Assembly (NCBI GenBank): GCA_965242965.1
Contig: OZ251518.1
Location: 1,088,001-1,152,000 of the forward strand
Reading direction: 5' to 3'
DNA: 64,000 bases
DNA from: Candidatus Poribacteria bacterium
GTDB taxonomy: Bacteria > Poribacteria > WGA-4E > WGA-3G
Shown here piece after piece: positions 17,476 through 27,528 of this stretch. The translations under genes and the position numbers were made by a program. The stretch's first letter is position 1. Every line of letters begins with the position of its first letter. Below the pieces are notes generated by a model. The model ran no database searches, was not told the DNA's origin, and saw nothing but the letters and a program-made list of their open reading frames with translations.

Positions 17476-19905
17476 ATGTTAACCGGCGTTGAAACAGTCC
17501 TTGAATACGATAAGATTAAGGTGCTGCTGAAAAAGTATACCGCTTCGCAGCTCGGTGCGGCGCGCGTTGAGGCACTGATGCCATCGGACGATGTCGCCAC
17601 GGTGCGGCAACAGCAGAAGCTGTGCAGCGAAGCGAAAACTTTCCATCAGTTCCACGGTGGGATTCCGTTGGGCGGTTTAAAGCACATCGGAAGTTCGCTG
17701 CGTCACGCCGCCAAGGTAGGTTCAATTTTAGACGCTGAGGAGCTCATCGATATCGGCAAAGTTGCACGGATTCCATCGGATATCCACCGCGCGTTCGCCA
17801 AACGCAACCGGGACGATTTTCCACACCTCTGCTCTATCATAGACGCGCTTCCGAGGTTTCCTGCGTTAGTGGAAGCAATTGCCGATTGCATCAGCCCAGA
17901 TGCCGAAATTTTGGATAGAGCCAGTCCCACCCTGCGCGCTATCCGCAGAAAACTGTCAAGTCTCCGTCAAAACATCCATGAAAAATTAGAGGCGATGCTT
18001 CGCTCACCGGATTACCTGAAATCGGTTCAAGAACCAGTCATCACCTCGCGGAATAACCGCTACGTCCTGCCGATTAAGCAAGAAGCGCGCGCGTTTTTCC
18101 GCGGTGTCGTCCAAGGGCAATCGACGAGTGGTGCCACCTTCTTTATGGAACCCCTGGCCATCGTTGAGATGAACAACGCGCTCCATGAAGCAGCCGAAGC
18201 CGAACATCGCGAAATCCGACGCATCCTTTTGGAACTCGCAGACGTGGTGCGTGAGAACCTATCAGAACTTGAATACGCCTTGGAACTGCTGGCGGAACTC
18301 GATTTCCTGAATGCGAAGGCACGCTTCAGTCTCGCGTTGAACGCCGTTGAACCGGTGTTAAATACCGATGGCGTTGTTAAACTTGTTGACGCGCGGCATC
18401 CATTACTTGAATTCCACCTTAAAAAGGCAACACCGCCGCCGACAGGACAGGGGGGTAAACCCACCCCAGTGCGCGTCGTGCCGACGAACATCCATATCGG
18501 CAAATCGTTTAAAACACTCGTTATCACCGGCCCGAATACTGGCGGCAAAACTGTCGTCCTCAAAACAGTAGGATTATTGGCACTGATGGCACAATCGGGT
18601 TTGCACATCCCGGCGGCGCACGGCAGTCAAACCGCCATCTTCCATCAGATTTTTGCCGATATCGGCGATGAACAGGGGATTGAACAGAATCTGAGTACCT
18701 TTTCCTCGCACATCACGAAAATCGCTGCGATGCTGGACAGGCTCGCCGATGCTGACGATACGCACTCTCTCGTGTTATTAGACGAAATCGGTGCTGGCAC
18801 CGACCCGAGTGAAGGGACTGCTCTCAGCATGGCACTCCTTGATTGGCTCGCGCAGCACAAGGCGAACACCATCGTCACGACGCACTACGGCGCGCTCAAG
18901 GCGTATGCGCATGCTCAACCGCAGATGGAAAACGCCTCTATGGAGTTTGACTGGACAACGCTCCGGCCAACGTATCGCGTGCAGGTAGGCGTGCCGGGCA
19001 GTAGCAACGCCATCAAAATTGCGGCGCAACTCGGTATCCGCGATGAGGTGCTTGACGAAGCGCAAACCCACCTCGGCAACAATAACGTCGCTGTCGAAGA
19101 ACTGCTCGTAGAACTGCAAGAGCAAAAAGATGCGCTGGAAATCGAACGCGCTCTTCTTGAAAAGAAAATCCGCGAGGCGGAGAAGACAACACAAAAACAT
19201 GAGCAGTTAGTCCAAAACTTTGAAACCGAACGAAAAATCATAAAAAAGCAGGCTGAAACCGAGGCGATGGACATCGTTTCCAATGCCCGGCGCACCGTAG
19301 AGAAACTCATCGCCGATATCCGCCGCGAAAATGCCTCTAAAGCGAGCATCCAACAGGCGTTCTCTCAAATCGAAACCGCGAAAAAACAGCTGAAACCTAA
19401 ACCGAAACCGCAGCGCAAAAAACCGCAGAAATTCGCCACGCCGAAAGTTGCTGTCGGCGATAAGGTGCGTATCAAAAAATTAAACCGATTCGGGGAAGTT
19501 ACCGCAATCGCGCCGAAGAGCAACAGCCCGCTGAAAATCGTGGTAGGCAACATGCATGTCCAAGTCGCTTACGCCGAGATCGACCAGGTGCAGCCGAAGA
19601 GTCAGGTGGCAAACATCTCTGCTTCCGTGCTGGACATTCAGCATCAAAAGGCGAGCACCGTCCAGAGTGAACTCAACATTCGCGGCATGCTGGTGCACGA
19701 GGCGTTAGACATCACGGATAAATACTTGGACGATGCGTATCTCGCCGGCATGCCAACGGCGCGCATTCTGCACGGTAAAGGGACCGGGGCGTTGCGCACT
19801 GCTGTCCATGAGGAATTGCGCCACAATCCGCGCGTCACTAAGTATCAGTTCGCACCGCAGAGCCAGGGCGGCGAGGGAGTTACCGTCGTTACGTTCAAAG
19901 ACTAA
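17476..19905 (+). CDS. mutS2: Endonuclease MutS2
   Basis: ITGPNTGGKT, DIGDEQGIEQNLSTFSSH, LLDEIGAGTDP, C-terminal Smr HGKGTGALR. Confidence 0.97.
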   Translation: MLTGVETVLEYDKIKVLLKKYTASQLGAARVEALMPSDDVATVRQQQKLCSEAKTFHQFHGGIPLGGLKHIGSSLRHAAKVGSILDAEELIDIGKVARIPSDIHRAFAKRNRDDFPHLCSIIDALPRFPALVEAIADCISPDAEILDRASPTLRAIRRKLSSLRQNIHEKLEAMLRSPDYLKSVQEPVITSRNNRYVLPIKQEARAFFRGVVQGQSTSGATFFMEPLAIVEMNNALHEAAEAEHREIRRILLELADVVRENLSELEYALELLAELDFLNAKARFSLALNAVEPVLNTDGVVKLVDARHPLLEFHLKKATPPPTGQGGKPTPVRVVPTNIHIGKSFKTLVITGPNTGGKTVVLKTVGLLALMAQSGLHIPAAHGSQTAIFHQIFADIGDEQGIEQNLSTFSSHITKIAAMLDRLADADDTHSLVLLDEIGAGTDPSEGTALSMALLDWLAQHKANTIVTTHYGALKAYAHAQPQMENASMEFDWTTLRPTYRVQVGVPGSSNAIKIAAQLGIRDEVLDEAQTHLGNNNVAVEELLVELQEQKDALEIERALLEKKIREAEKTTQKHEQLVQNFETERKIIKKQAETEAMDIVSNARRTVEKLIADIRRENASKASIQQAFSQIETAKKQLKPKPKPQRKKPQKFATPKVAVGDKVRIKKLNRFGEVTAIAPKSNSPLKIVVGNMHVQVAYAEIDQVQPKSQVANISASVLDIQHQKASTVQSELNIRGMLVHEALDITDKYLDDAYLAGMPTARILHGKGTGALRTAVHEELRHNPRVTKYQFAPQSQGGEGVTVVTFKD

Positions 19906-19949
19906 TTCTCCAAAGGCCTAATTCTCTAAAGGCCTAATGCTCTAAAGGA
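19902..19949. repeat. 16-bp tandem repeat x3
   Basis: CTAATTCTCCAAAGGC / CTAATTCTCTAAAGGC / CTAATGCTCTAAAGGA. Confidence 0.8.
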
Positions 19950-19962
19950 AAGACACAATATC

Positions 19963-21777
19963 ATGAACCGAAATCGGGCAAACACCCACATTCCGCGCGA
20001 GCTGGTTGATGAAATTCGGACGCGGAGCGATATTGTCGAAGTTATCTCCGAGTGCGGGGTGCCGCTGCGTGTCGCCGGCCGCGATTACAAGGCACTCTGT
20101 CCGTTTCACGACGAGAAAACGCCTTCTTTTAGCGTCTCCGTGGAAAAGCAGATTTTCTACTGCTTCGGCTGCCAGACTGGCGGCAATGTCATCTCCTTCG
20201 TGCAAAAGTATGAAGGGAAGTCGTTCCTCGAGACCATCACGTGGTTAGCCGACCGGCTCAACATCTCGTTACCGAGTCAGGACGCGCGCAGCAGTGCCAA
20301 TCGGAAAAAGTTCACATCGCTAGAGGAACTGAATCGCTTTGCGCTGCAGTATTACCACCGGCAACTGCTCACCAAAAATATCGGAGACCAGGCGATGCAC
20401 TATCTCCGGCACCGCGGTGTGAAACCGCAAACGTTCAAGCTGTTTCAACTCGGGTATGCAAAATCCGCCCGGCGCGATTTAGTCAAAGCCGCGACAGATG
20501 AAGGCTGGACTATCCAGCAACTCGTCGATGCAGGGTTAATCAAAAACGAAGAGCACGGCCCGCAAGACAGGTTTTGGGGCAGGTTGCTCTTTCCAATTCA
20601 GAATGAGCGTGGCACCCCGGTCGGCTTCGGGGGGCGCGCGTTATCGGAGGAACGTCAACCGAAATATCTGAATTCGCCGGAAACAATGTTGTATAACAAA
20701 AGCAAGGTGCTCTACAACCTTGACAAGGCGCGGCAAGCGATTTACAAAAAGGGGCGCGCGCTTCTCGTGGAAGGTTACATGGATGCGCTGATGCTTTACC
20801 AACACGGAGTTGAGAATGTGGTTGCCGCCTGCGGCACGTCTATGAGCGAAGACCACGCCGTTTTGCTAAAGCGGTTTACTCCGGAAGTTATCCTCGTTTA
20901 CGATGGAGATAGCGCAGGGGTCCAAGCGGCACAGCGCGGGTTGCACCGTCTCTTAGCGGCCGGTTTACGGGTGCGAATCGCCTTAATGCCAAACGGCGAA
21001 GACCCGGATTCGTTTACACGTGAGCATGGCGCGGAGGCGTTCGCGGCACTCACCGATAAGGCGATAAACCTGATCGAATTTCAGATTCAGACCGGGGTTC
21101 AACAGCAGAACCTCCACCGCGTTGATGTCAAAACGCAGGTGGCCAAGGAGATTTCGGCGACGTTGATGCATATCCAGAATCGCATCGAACGGAGCGAATA
21201 CGTAAAATACGCGGCAAAGGAACTCCATGTCAGTCCGGACATTTTGTGGCACGAATTGCGAGACTTGGGGCTTAAAGAGACACCCGCGCCTTACCGCACT
21301 CGGACAAAGAAGCCTGCCGCCGAAAAATTGTCGCCACGCGCGCAAATTGAAAGCCAACTGATTGAAGCGTTAATCCAAAGTCCGACGCTGATCTCCTACA
21401 TCAAGACACAATTTCACTACGCGGATTTTACGGAACCGAAATTCGTCCAGATTGCACAATTGTTATGGGAAGCAAGCGCGGAAAACGAGGGGTTTGATAT
21501 CCAAAACCTTCTCAACGACTGTCCTGATGAGCAGTTGAGGGCATTCATTTCCAACGCGTTGCTCCGCAAAACACCACCGCATTTACAAGCGCGAGTAGAC
21601 GGCTGTCTCCGCAAGTTACGGCATTTCATCTTCAAAGACATGGAGCAGCGCGTTCGTTCGCATGCCATCGCCGAAGGGGCTGACGAGTTCGAGACGCTCA
21701 AGGAACTTGTAAAACTGTCAGACCAGCGGCGCGCCCTTGACGCACAGCCGATTCATGAACCCGGCGCGTATGAATAG
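19963..21777 (+). CDS. dnaG: DNA primase
   Basis: CPFHDEKTPSF...CFGC zinc finger, KYLNSPET, VEGYMD, YDGDSAG TOPRIM. Confidence 0.98.
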   Translation: MNRNRANTHIPRELVDEIRTRSDIVEVISECGVPLRVAGRDYKALCPFHDEKTPSFSVSVEKQIFYCFGCQTGGNVISFVQKYEGKSFLETITWLADRLNISLPSQDARSSANRKKFTSLEELNRFALQYYHRQLLTKNIGDQAMHYLRHRGVKPQTFKLFQLGYAKSARRDLVKAATDEGWTIQQLVDAGLIKNEEHGPQDRFWGRLLFPIQNERGTPVGFGGRALSEERQPKYLNSPETMLYNKSKVLYNLDKARQAIYKKGRALLVEGYMDALMLYQHGVENVVAACGTSMSEDHAVLLKRFTPEVILVYDGDSAGVQAAQRGLHRLLAAGLRVRIALMPNGEDPDSFTREHGAEAFAALTDKAINLIEFQIQTGVQQQNLHRVDVKTQVAKEISATLMHIQNRIERSEYVKYAAKELHVSPDILWHELRDLGLKETPAPYRTRTKKPAAEKLSPRAQIESQLIEALIQSPTLISYIKTQFHYADFTEPKFVQIAQLLWEASAENEGFDIQNLLNDCPDEQLRAFISNALLRKTPPHLQARVDGCLRKLRHFIFKDMEQRVRSHAIAEGADEFETLKELVKLSDQRRALDAQPIHEPGAYE

Positions 21778-21803
21778 CCGCGCCGAAATAAAGGAGGAAA
21801 CCC

Positions 21804-23321
21804 ATGATGAATTTCAGAGATGAGCTTCCTGTCGATTCTTGGGAATCCGACAGCGTAGATGAATCCGATTACGAAGATGAGGTTTACTTGTCTTCGGAAC
21901 CGACGAGTTACCGCGATGACCCGGTCAAAGTCTACATGCGCGAGATGGGGAAATTTCCGCTGCTGAACAAGAAGCAGGAGGTGGAGCTCGCGCAACAGAT
22001 TGAGGCGGGGCATCGGGCCGCCCAGGCAGCGACTTTTGACACGCCGCTCGCTATTATCGAGATTCGGAAACTCCTCTATAAAATCGTGACGGCGAAAAAG
22101 CGCGCCTCCGATATTATCGATATGCCTGTCCCTAGCACCTCCACTCAGAACAAAGAACGCAAACTTCAAGACCACGTGAAGAGAGCGTTGAAGGTGATAG
22201 AGACATTAGAGGAAGAACGGCTCACGGCACCCGGCACCAAGGGGCAGCCGCCCACCGCTGTGTGGCGTGGCCACGCTAAGCTCATCGCGCAGCTTGATAA
22301 ACTGAAGATAGACAGGGAGGAAATTAGCAAAATTTCTGACCTGGTGAAGCAGGCGGAGGGACAAATTAGCAAGTGGGAAGAGGAAGCGCGCTCGCTGAAG
22401 GAGAAACACGGGATTCCTGATGCGTGCCTCACTGAACTTCCGAGTGACGAACTGTCCACCGCGCATCAAGCCGCGCGTGTGCAGATTATCCGTATCCTGC
22501 GCAACATTCGGCAGCAGATGAACGAGATCGGCGTTTCGCGCGAGAAACTCCGAGAGTTAACGCAGGAGATTGACAAGGGTGAAGCCGCCGCGCAGGGTGC
22601 CAAAATGGCCATCGTTGAAGCGAACCTCCGCCTCGTCGTCAGCATCGCGAAGAAGTATCGGCACCGTGCCGCCGGGTTGGAATTCCTCGACCTGATTCAG
22701 GAAGGCAACATTGGCCTGATGCGCGCCGTCGATAAATTCGATTACCAGCGTGGCTATAAGTTCAGCACTTACGCCACGTGGTGGATTCGCCAGGGCATCA
22801 CCCGCGCCATCGCCGACCAGGGGCGAACCATCCGCATCCCTGTCCACATGCACGAACGGATTAACAAAATCCGCCGAGTGCAACGTTCGCTTCTCCAAGA
22901 ACTGGGTAGCGAACCCACTGTGGAGCAAATTGCCGCCGACATGAAAATCGCTGTCAGCAAAGTCAGCGAGGCGTTAGAAGTCGCACCGGAAACCATCTCG
23001 CTGGAGACACCCATCGGCGACGAAGACGACAACTCCATCGGCGAATTCATTGAGGACACGACTATCAATTCGCCGGTGAAAGAGGCGGAATTGAACATCC
23101 TCAAGGAGCAAATCCGTGAGGTGCTCAACGATTTAAGCGAAAAGGAACGGAAGGTTATCGTCCTCCGATTCGGCATTGAGGGTGGGTACCCGAAGACGCT
23201 TGAGGAGGTAGGGGCCCAATTCAAGTTAACACGGGAACGCATTCGGCAAATCGAGGCGAACGCGCTCCGCAAATTGCGTCATCCGACTCGAAGCCGGAAA
23301 TTACGCGATTTCTTGCATTAG
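21804..23321 (+). CDS. rpoD: Primary RNA polymerase sigma-70 factor
   Basis: [60 protein letters not shown]; directly after dnaG. Confidence 0.96.
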   Translation: MMNFRDELPVDSWESDSVDESDYEDEVYLSSEPTSYRDDPVKVYMREMGKFPLLNKKQEVELAQQIEAGHRAAQAATFDTPLAIIEIRKLLYKIVTAKKRASDIIDMPVPSTSTQNKERKLQDHVKRALKVIETLEEERLTAPGTKGQPPTAVWRGHAKLIAQLDKLKIDREEISKISDLVKQAEGQISKWEEEARSLKEKHGIPDACLTELPSDELSTAHQAARVQIIRILRNIRQQMNEIGVSREKLRELTQEIDKGEAAAQGAKMAIVEANLRLVVSIAKKYRHRAAGLEFLDLIQEGNIGLMRAVDKFDYQRGYKFSTYATWWIRQGITRAIADQGRTIRIPVHMHERINKIRRVQRSLLQELGSEPTVEQIAADMKIAVSKVSEALEVAPETISLETPIGDEDDNSIGEFIEDTTINSPVKEAELNILKEQIREVLNDLSEKERKVIVLRFGIEGGYPKTLEEVGAQFKLTRERIRQIEANALRKLRHPTRSRKLRDFLH

Positions 23322-23472
23322 CGTGGAGCAATCAAGACCGGGAGGGCTCTCCTACGTCCACTCAACTTTGTCGGGCGAGGGATAGTTCTCCCTCGCCACG
23401 CCGCATTTGCATCAAATTGGGCATCAAATCCGTTTCGCGCCATTTTTCTCTCGCACGGAGGTGATTTTCCAC

Positions 23473-24078
23473 ATGGCTTACAGCAGTTTTACGTTAAACG
23501 AAGTCATCGAAACGTTTGAATTAGACATCGTTGACTCCGAAGATTTCTTTGCTGAAGTGGAACCGGTGGCACCGAGTGCGCATCTCACCACCGCGTTGGA
23601 GCGGAAGGTGCAACTGGCGAAAGCGATTAACACGGAAAAGGCGCGCTCGGAGTTGATTGTTACCGAGGTCCTTGTGGAACTCCGCGAGCAGCTGGACAGG
23701 CGCATCAGTCTGTTTTCAGGCATTGACTTCAGCGTTGATGCCAATGATGGCTTGATAGGCGTGTGTGACTTTCTCGTCAGTCTGTCGCCCGTGCAACATC
23801 TGTTACAAGCACCTGTCATCGCGCTTGTCGCGGCAAAGCGGGATGACTTTTTATCCGGGCTCGGGCAATGTGTCGCTGAAATGATTGCTGCCCAACGCTT
23901 TAACGCCAAAAGGGGGAATGATATTCCTGCTGTTTATGGCGCGAGCACAACCGGTTTAGATTGGCAATTCCTGAAATTAACAGAGAAGCGGTTGGGCATC
24001 GATGCGGCGAGTTATGCTATCCGCGAATGCGACAAAATCCTCGGCATTCTCGTCAGCATGGTGGCACAGAAAGTGTAA
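23473..24078 (+). CDS. PD-(D/E)xK nuclease-like hypothetical protein (MAYSxFTL family)
   Basis: GGAGGTG RBS; EKARSELIV, GVCDFL, GLGQCVAEMIAAQRFN, YGASTTGLDWQF; VAAK where VEAK is expected. Confidence 0.7.
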   Translation: MAYSSFTLNEVIETFELDIVDSEDFFAEVEPVAPSAHLTTALERKVQLAKAINTEKARSELIVTEVLVELREQLDRRISLFSGIDFSVDANDGLIGVCDFLVSLSPVQHLLQAPVIALVAAKRDDFLSGLGQCVAEMIAAQRFNAKRGNDIPAVYGASTTGLDWQFLKLTEKRLGIDAASYAIRECDKILGILVSMVAQKV

Positions 24079-24115
24079 TCCGGATAGGCATTTCGCGGAC
24101 GAAAGCAAAAAAAAT

Positions 24116-24144
24116 TTGCTTTTTAGTTAGAAATATGGTATAAT
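24116..24144 (+). promoter_or_regulatory. sigma70 promoter upstream of MITE and tRNA pair
   Basis: TTGCTT-17-TATAAT with TG extension. Confidence 0.7.
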
Positions 24145-24149
24145 TATAT

Positions 24150-24337
24150 GAGAGTGTTTCATAACTCTGTTTCGGTATTTATCCCGCCTTGGAGGGTGGG
24201 CGAATACCGGCAGGTATTGGGCCCATCTCTGTAGTTCGGGAGCGCCCGCTCCCGAACGGGTCAAGATCAGGCGATCTTGACCTACAGGGGGGATGCGGTC
24301 TGTCACCGCGACGTTAAGCGATATATGAAACACCGTC
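24150..24337. mobile_element. MITE-like element with degenerate TIRs carrying a REP doublet
   Basis: GAGAGTGTTTCATA ... TATGAAACACCGTC; internal GTAGTTCGGGAGC..GCTCCCGAAC and GTCAAGATC..GATCTTGACCTAC. Confidence 0.7.
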
Positions 24338-24354
24338 AATTATATGCTGATAAA

Positions 24355-24427
24355 GGGCCTATAGCTCAGTGGTCAGAGCCGCCGGCTCATAACCGGCTGG
24401 TCCTAGGTTCGAGTCCTAGTAGGCCCA
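24355..24427 (+). tRNA. tRNA with CAT anticodon, probably tRNA-Ile2 (lysidine)
   Basis: Paired G1-C72 (GGGCCTA/TAGGCCC), GCCGG-CTCATAA-CCGGC; not initiator-like. Confidence 0.85.
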
Positions 24428-24442
24428 TCTCACGTTTTTTGT

Positions 24443-24515
24443 GGGGCGTTAGCTCAGGGGTACGAGCGCTACCTTCACACGGTAGAAGTCACTGGTTCAA
24501 ATCCAGTACGCCCCA
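24443..24515 (+). tRNA. tRNA-Val(CAC)
   Basis: GGGGCGT/ACGCCCC acceptor, CTACC-TTCACAC-GGTAG anticodon arm. Confidence 0.93.
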
Positions 24516-24553
24516 TCGTTTCCATAGCATCCCCGCGAGCAAAGGAGGCACCG

Positions 24554-25657
24554 ATGGATAACACAGCAGATATTGAAGTTGCACAACAGTTGCGCACGAC
24601 ACTTCCCCCCTTTGTCCTGTCAGGTGTTCAGGCGATTGATTGTGATATTCACAATGAAGTGCCATCGTTAGAGACGCTTTTTCCGTATCTGTCTGATTTC
24701 TGGTGCGATTATTGTAGCATCTCCGGCTTCGGCGGTCCCGATGCAAACGATTACCCGCGCGGGGCACCGATAACGACGCATCCCGATGCGAAACCGCCTT
24801 GGGAAGTTGAATTGACAGATGTTCGCGAGCAATTATTGGATAGTTGGAATTTGGCATACGGCATCCTCAATTGCGCCTATCGTGTGCAAAGTGTGCATAA
24901 TCCAGACCTGGCGGCTGCCCTTGCACAGGCGATAAACGATTGGCAGATAGCGCAGTGGCTTGAGCCGGAACCGCGTCTCCGCGCGTCTTTAGTGATTCCG
25001 AGTCAACTGCCTGAACTCGCTGCCAAAGAAATTGCGCGCGCTGGGGAGCATCCGGGGTTTGTGCAAGTGATTTTGCCGGTGCGTTCGCGCACCCCCTACG
25101 GCAATCGGCTGTATCATCCGATTTATGAAGCGGCGGTGCAGCAGAACCTCGCTATCGGCATCCACTACGGTGGCGCGCCCGGCAATCAACCTTCACCGAC
25201 AGGGTGGCCCTCTACCTATTTAGAGGAATACAGCGGGATGACGCAGGTTTTCCAAGCGCAGGTGATTAGCCTCATCGCGGAGGGAGTCTTCGATAAGTTT
25301 CCTGAACTTCGCGTCGTCCTGATTGAAAGCGGTTTTACGTGGCTCCCGGCGATGATGTGGCGCATTGATAAAGAGTGGCGCGGGCTCCGCAACAACACGC
25401 CGTGGGTGAAGCGGCCGCCTTCTGAATACATGCGGGAGCATATTCGGTGCACCTTGCAACCTGTCGATGCCCCGCCACATCCGAAACAACTTCTCCAGAT
25501 TATCGGGCAACTTGAATCCGAGGAGATGGTGATGTTTTCAACGGATTATCCGCACTGGCAGTTTGACACGCCGCAGGACGCGCTTCCATCGACACTGCCA
25601 CCTGGACTTGCCCGCAAAATTCTGTATGAAAACGCGCGCGCGTTCTATCAACTTTGA
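24554..25657 (+). CDS. Amidohydrolase_2 family protein (subunit 1 of putative dinuclear oxygenase)
   Basis: IDCDIH, GIHYGG, IESGFTWLP, FSTDYPHW. Confidence 0.85.
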   Translation: MDNTADIEVAQQLRTTLPPFVLSGVQAIDCDIHNEVPSLETLFPYLSDFWCDYCSISGFGGPDANDYPRGAPITTHPDAKPPWEVELTDVREQLLDSWNLAYGILNCAYRVQSVHNPDLAAALAQAINDWQIAQWLEPEPRLRASLVIPSQLPELAAKEIARAGEHPGFVQVILPVRSRTPYGNRLYHPIYEAAVQQNLAIGIHYGGAPGNQPSPTGWPSTYLEEYSGMTQVFQAQVISLIAEGVFDKFPELRVVLIESGFTWLPAMMWRIDKEWRGLRNNTPWVKRPPSEYMREHIRCTLQPVDAPPHPKQLLQIIGQLESEEMVMFSTDYPHWQFDTPQDALPSTLPPGLARKILYENARAFYQL

Positions 25658-25673
25658 GTGGAGGCAAAACGCA

Positions 25674-26741
25674 ATGGCAAACATGACTCCCAAACATTCA
25701 AAATTTCCGGTCATTGATTGTGACATTCATAACGCCGTCGCCCCGGGCGGATTGCAGCCCTACTTATCCAAACGGTGGCAGGAACACCACAAAAACTTCG
25801 GGTTGCGCGGCAGACCTGGCGGTTATTATCCGCGCGCCTTACCCCACGCCGCCCGACACGATGCGTGGCCCCCTTCCGGAGTCCGTCCCGGTGCCGACTT
25901 GGGTTTCCTGCAGCAACAACTTTTAGACGCGTGGAACATTGAATACGGCGTGCTGAACCCGTTAATTTCTGTCGCCGAAGAACTGAATCTCGATTACGGT
26001 GCCGCGCTCGCGCAGGCAGTCAATGAGTGGCAGGTCGCGGAGTGGTTGGAGCCTGAGCCGCGGCTGCGCGCCTCCATCGTCGTGCCTTACGAAGATGGCG
26101 AATTAGCGGCAGCGGAGATTCACCGTTGTGGCCCGAACCCTGGATTCGTCCAAATTCTGCTCATCGCGCGTTCAAAGGAACCGCTCGGCAACCGCAAATA
26201 CTGGAAAATCTACGAAGCGGCGGCGGAATATAACCTCCCCATCGGCATTCACTTTGGCGGTGTCGCCGGGCCGATTACCGGCGCAGGCTGGCCCTCCTAT
26301 TACATTGAAGACCACGGTGGCATGCCGCAGGCATTCCACACGCAGGTGAATAGTTACGTTTGCGAGGGTATTTTTGAACGCTTTCCAACGCTCAAAGTTA
26401 TCCTGATCGAAGGCGGTTTCGCGTGGCTGCCACCGCTCATCTGGCGGTTAGATGCGACGTGGAAGAGAATGCGCGGCGAGGTCCCGGCACTTAAACGGCA
26501 ACCGTCGGAATACATCCGAGAGCACTTCTGGCTCAGCACGCAACCGATGGAAGAACCACCGAAGCGGGAGTATTTTGAGCAATTGTTGGAGCAGATGGAC
26601 ATGAACGACAAACTCATGTTCGCGACAGATTACCCGCATTGGGATTTTGATGCGCCGGATCGGGCTTTGCCAAGTTTCCTCAAACCTGAATTACGCAGGA
26701 AGATCCTTTCGGATAATGCGCGTGCGCTCTATCAGTTTTAG
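25674..26741 (+). CDS. Amidohydrolase_2 family protein (subunit 2)
   Basis: GGAGG RBS; IDCDIH, GIHFGG, IEGGFAWLP, TQPMEEP, FATDYPHWDFD. Confidence 0.85.
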   Translation: MANMTPKHSKFPVIDCDIHNAVAPGGLQPYLSKRWQEHHKNFGLRGRPGGYYPRALPHAARHDAWPPSGVRPGADLGFLQQQLLDAWNIEYGVLNPLISVAEELNLDYGAALAQAVNEWQVAEWLEPEPRLRASIVVPYEDGELAAAEIHRCGPNPGFVQILLIARSKEPLGNRKYWKIYEAAAEYNLPIGIHFGGVAGPITGAGWPSYYIEDHGGMPQAFHTQVNSYVCEGIFERFPTLKVILIEGGFAWLPPLIWRLDATWKRMRGEVPALKRQPSEYIREHFWLSTQPMEEPPKREYFEQLLEQMDMNDKLMFATDYPHWDFDAPDRALPSFLKPELRRKILSDNARALYQF

Positions 26742-26759
26742 GTGTGTTTTTCACCTAAG

Positions 26760-27046
26760 GGCATCGAGACCGGGAGGTCTCTCCTACGGGGAGGTTGCAT
26801 CGAGACCGGGAGGTCTCTCCTACCTGTAGGGCGAGGGCCTGTCCCTCGCCATTAACATGAGGGTGTTTCATAATTCCGTTTCGGTATTTATCCCGCCTTG
26901 GAGGGAGGGCGAATACCGGCAGGCATCGGGCCCACGTCTGTAGTTCGGGATCGCCTGATCCCGAACGGGTCAGGATCAGGCGATCCTGACCTACAGTGGT
27001 GAGGCGGTCTGCCAGCCAAACGCATGGCGAGGGACAGGCCCTCGCC
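26760..27046. repeat. Mosaic REP array inside the oxygenase cluster
   Basis: GAGACCGGGAGGTCTCTCCTAC x2, internal TIR, GTAG hairpins. Confidence 0.85.
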
Positions 27047-27065
27047 AAACTCATCAAAAAACCAA

Positions 27066-27491
27066 ATGGCGAAATACATAGTTGCAACCCCAGACGAAAT
27101 TCCGCCGGGCGAACGCAAAATCGTTGACATCGGCGGCCGCTCCATCGGCATTTTCAATATTGATGGCGAATTTTTTGCTATCCGGAACAGCTGCCCACAC
27201 CAAGGCGGACCGCTCTGTAAAGGGCACGTTACCGGCTTCTTAAAGTCGCCCGCGCCCGGAACGTATACCTATACCCGGCAAGGCGAGTTTCTGCGGTGTC
27301 CGTGGCATAACTGGGAATTTGACATCAAAACTGGGCAATCGTGGTGGAACCCGACGCAGCGGCGCGTCCGCAAATACGATGTCCACGTAGAGCGCGGCGA
27401 GGACATCTCCGCATCCGAAAAAGGCCCTTACGTCGCCGATACGTTTCCCGTGACTGTGGAACAGCAGTATCTCGTCATTGAAATTGCGTAA
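27066..27491 (+). CDS. Rieske [2Fe-2S] ferredoxin
   Basis: CPHQGG...CPWHNWEFD. Confidence 0.92.
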   Translation: MAKYIVATPDEIPPGERKIVDIGGRSIGIFNIDGEFFAIRNSCPHQGGPLCKGHVTGFLKSPAPGTYTYTRQGEFLRCPWHNWEFDIKTGQSWWNPTQRRVRKYDVHVERGEDISASEKGPYVADTFPVTVEQQYLVIEIA

Positions 27492-27528
27492 TTTGCGCGG
27501 AGTTTTTCTTCACGGAAACCTTAACGCT

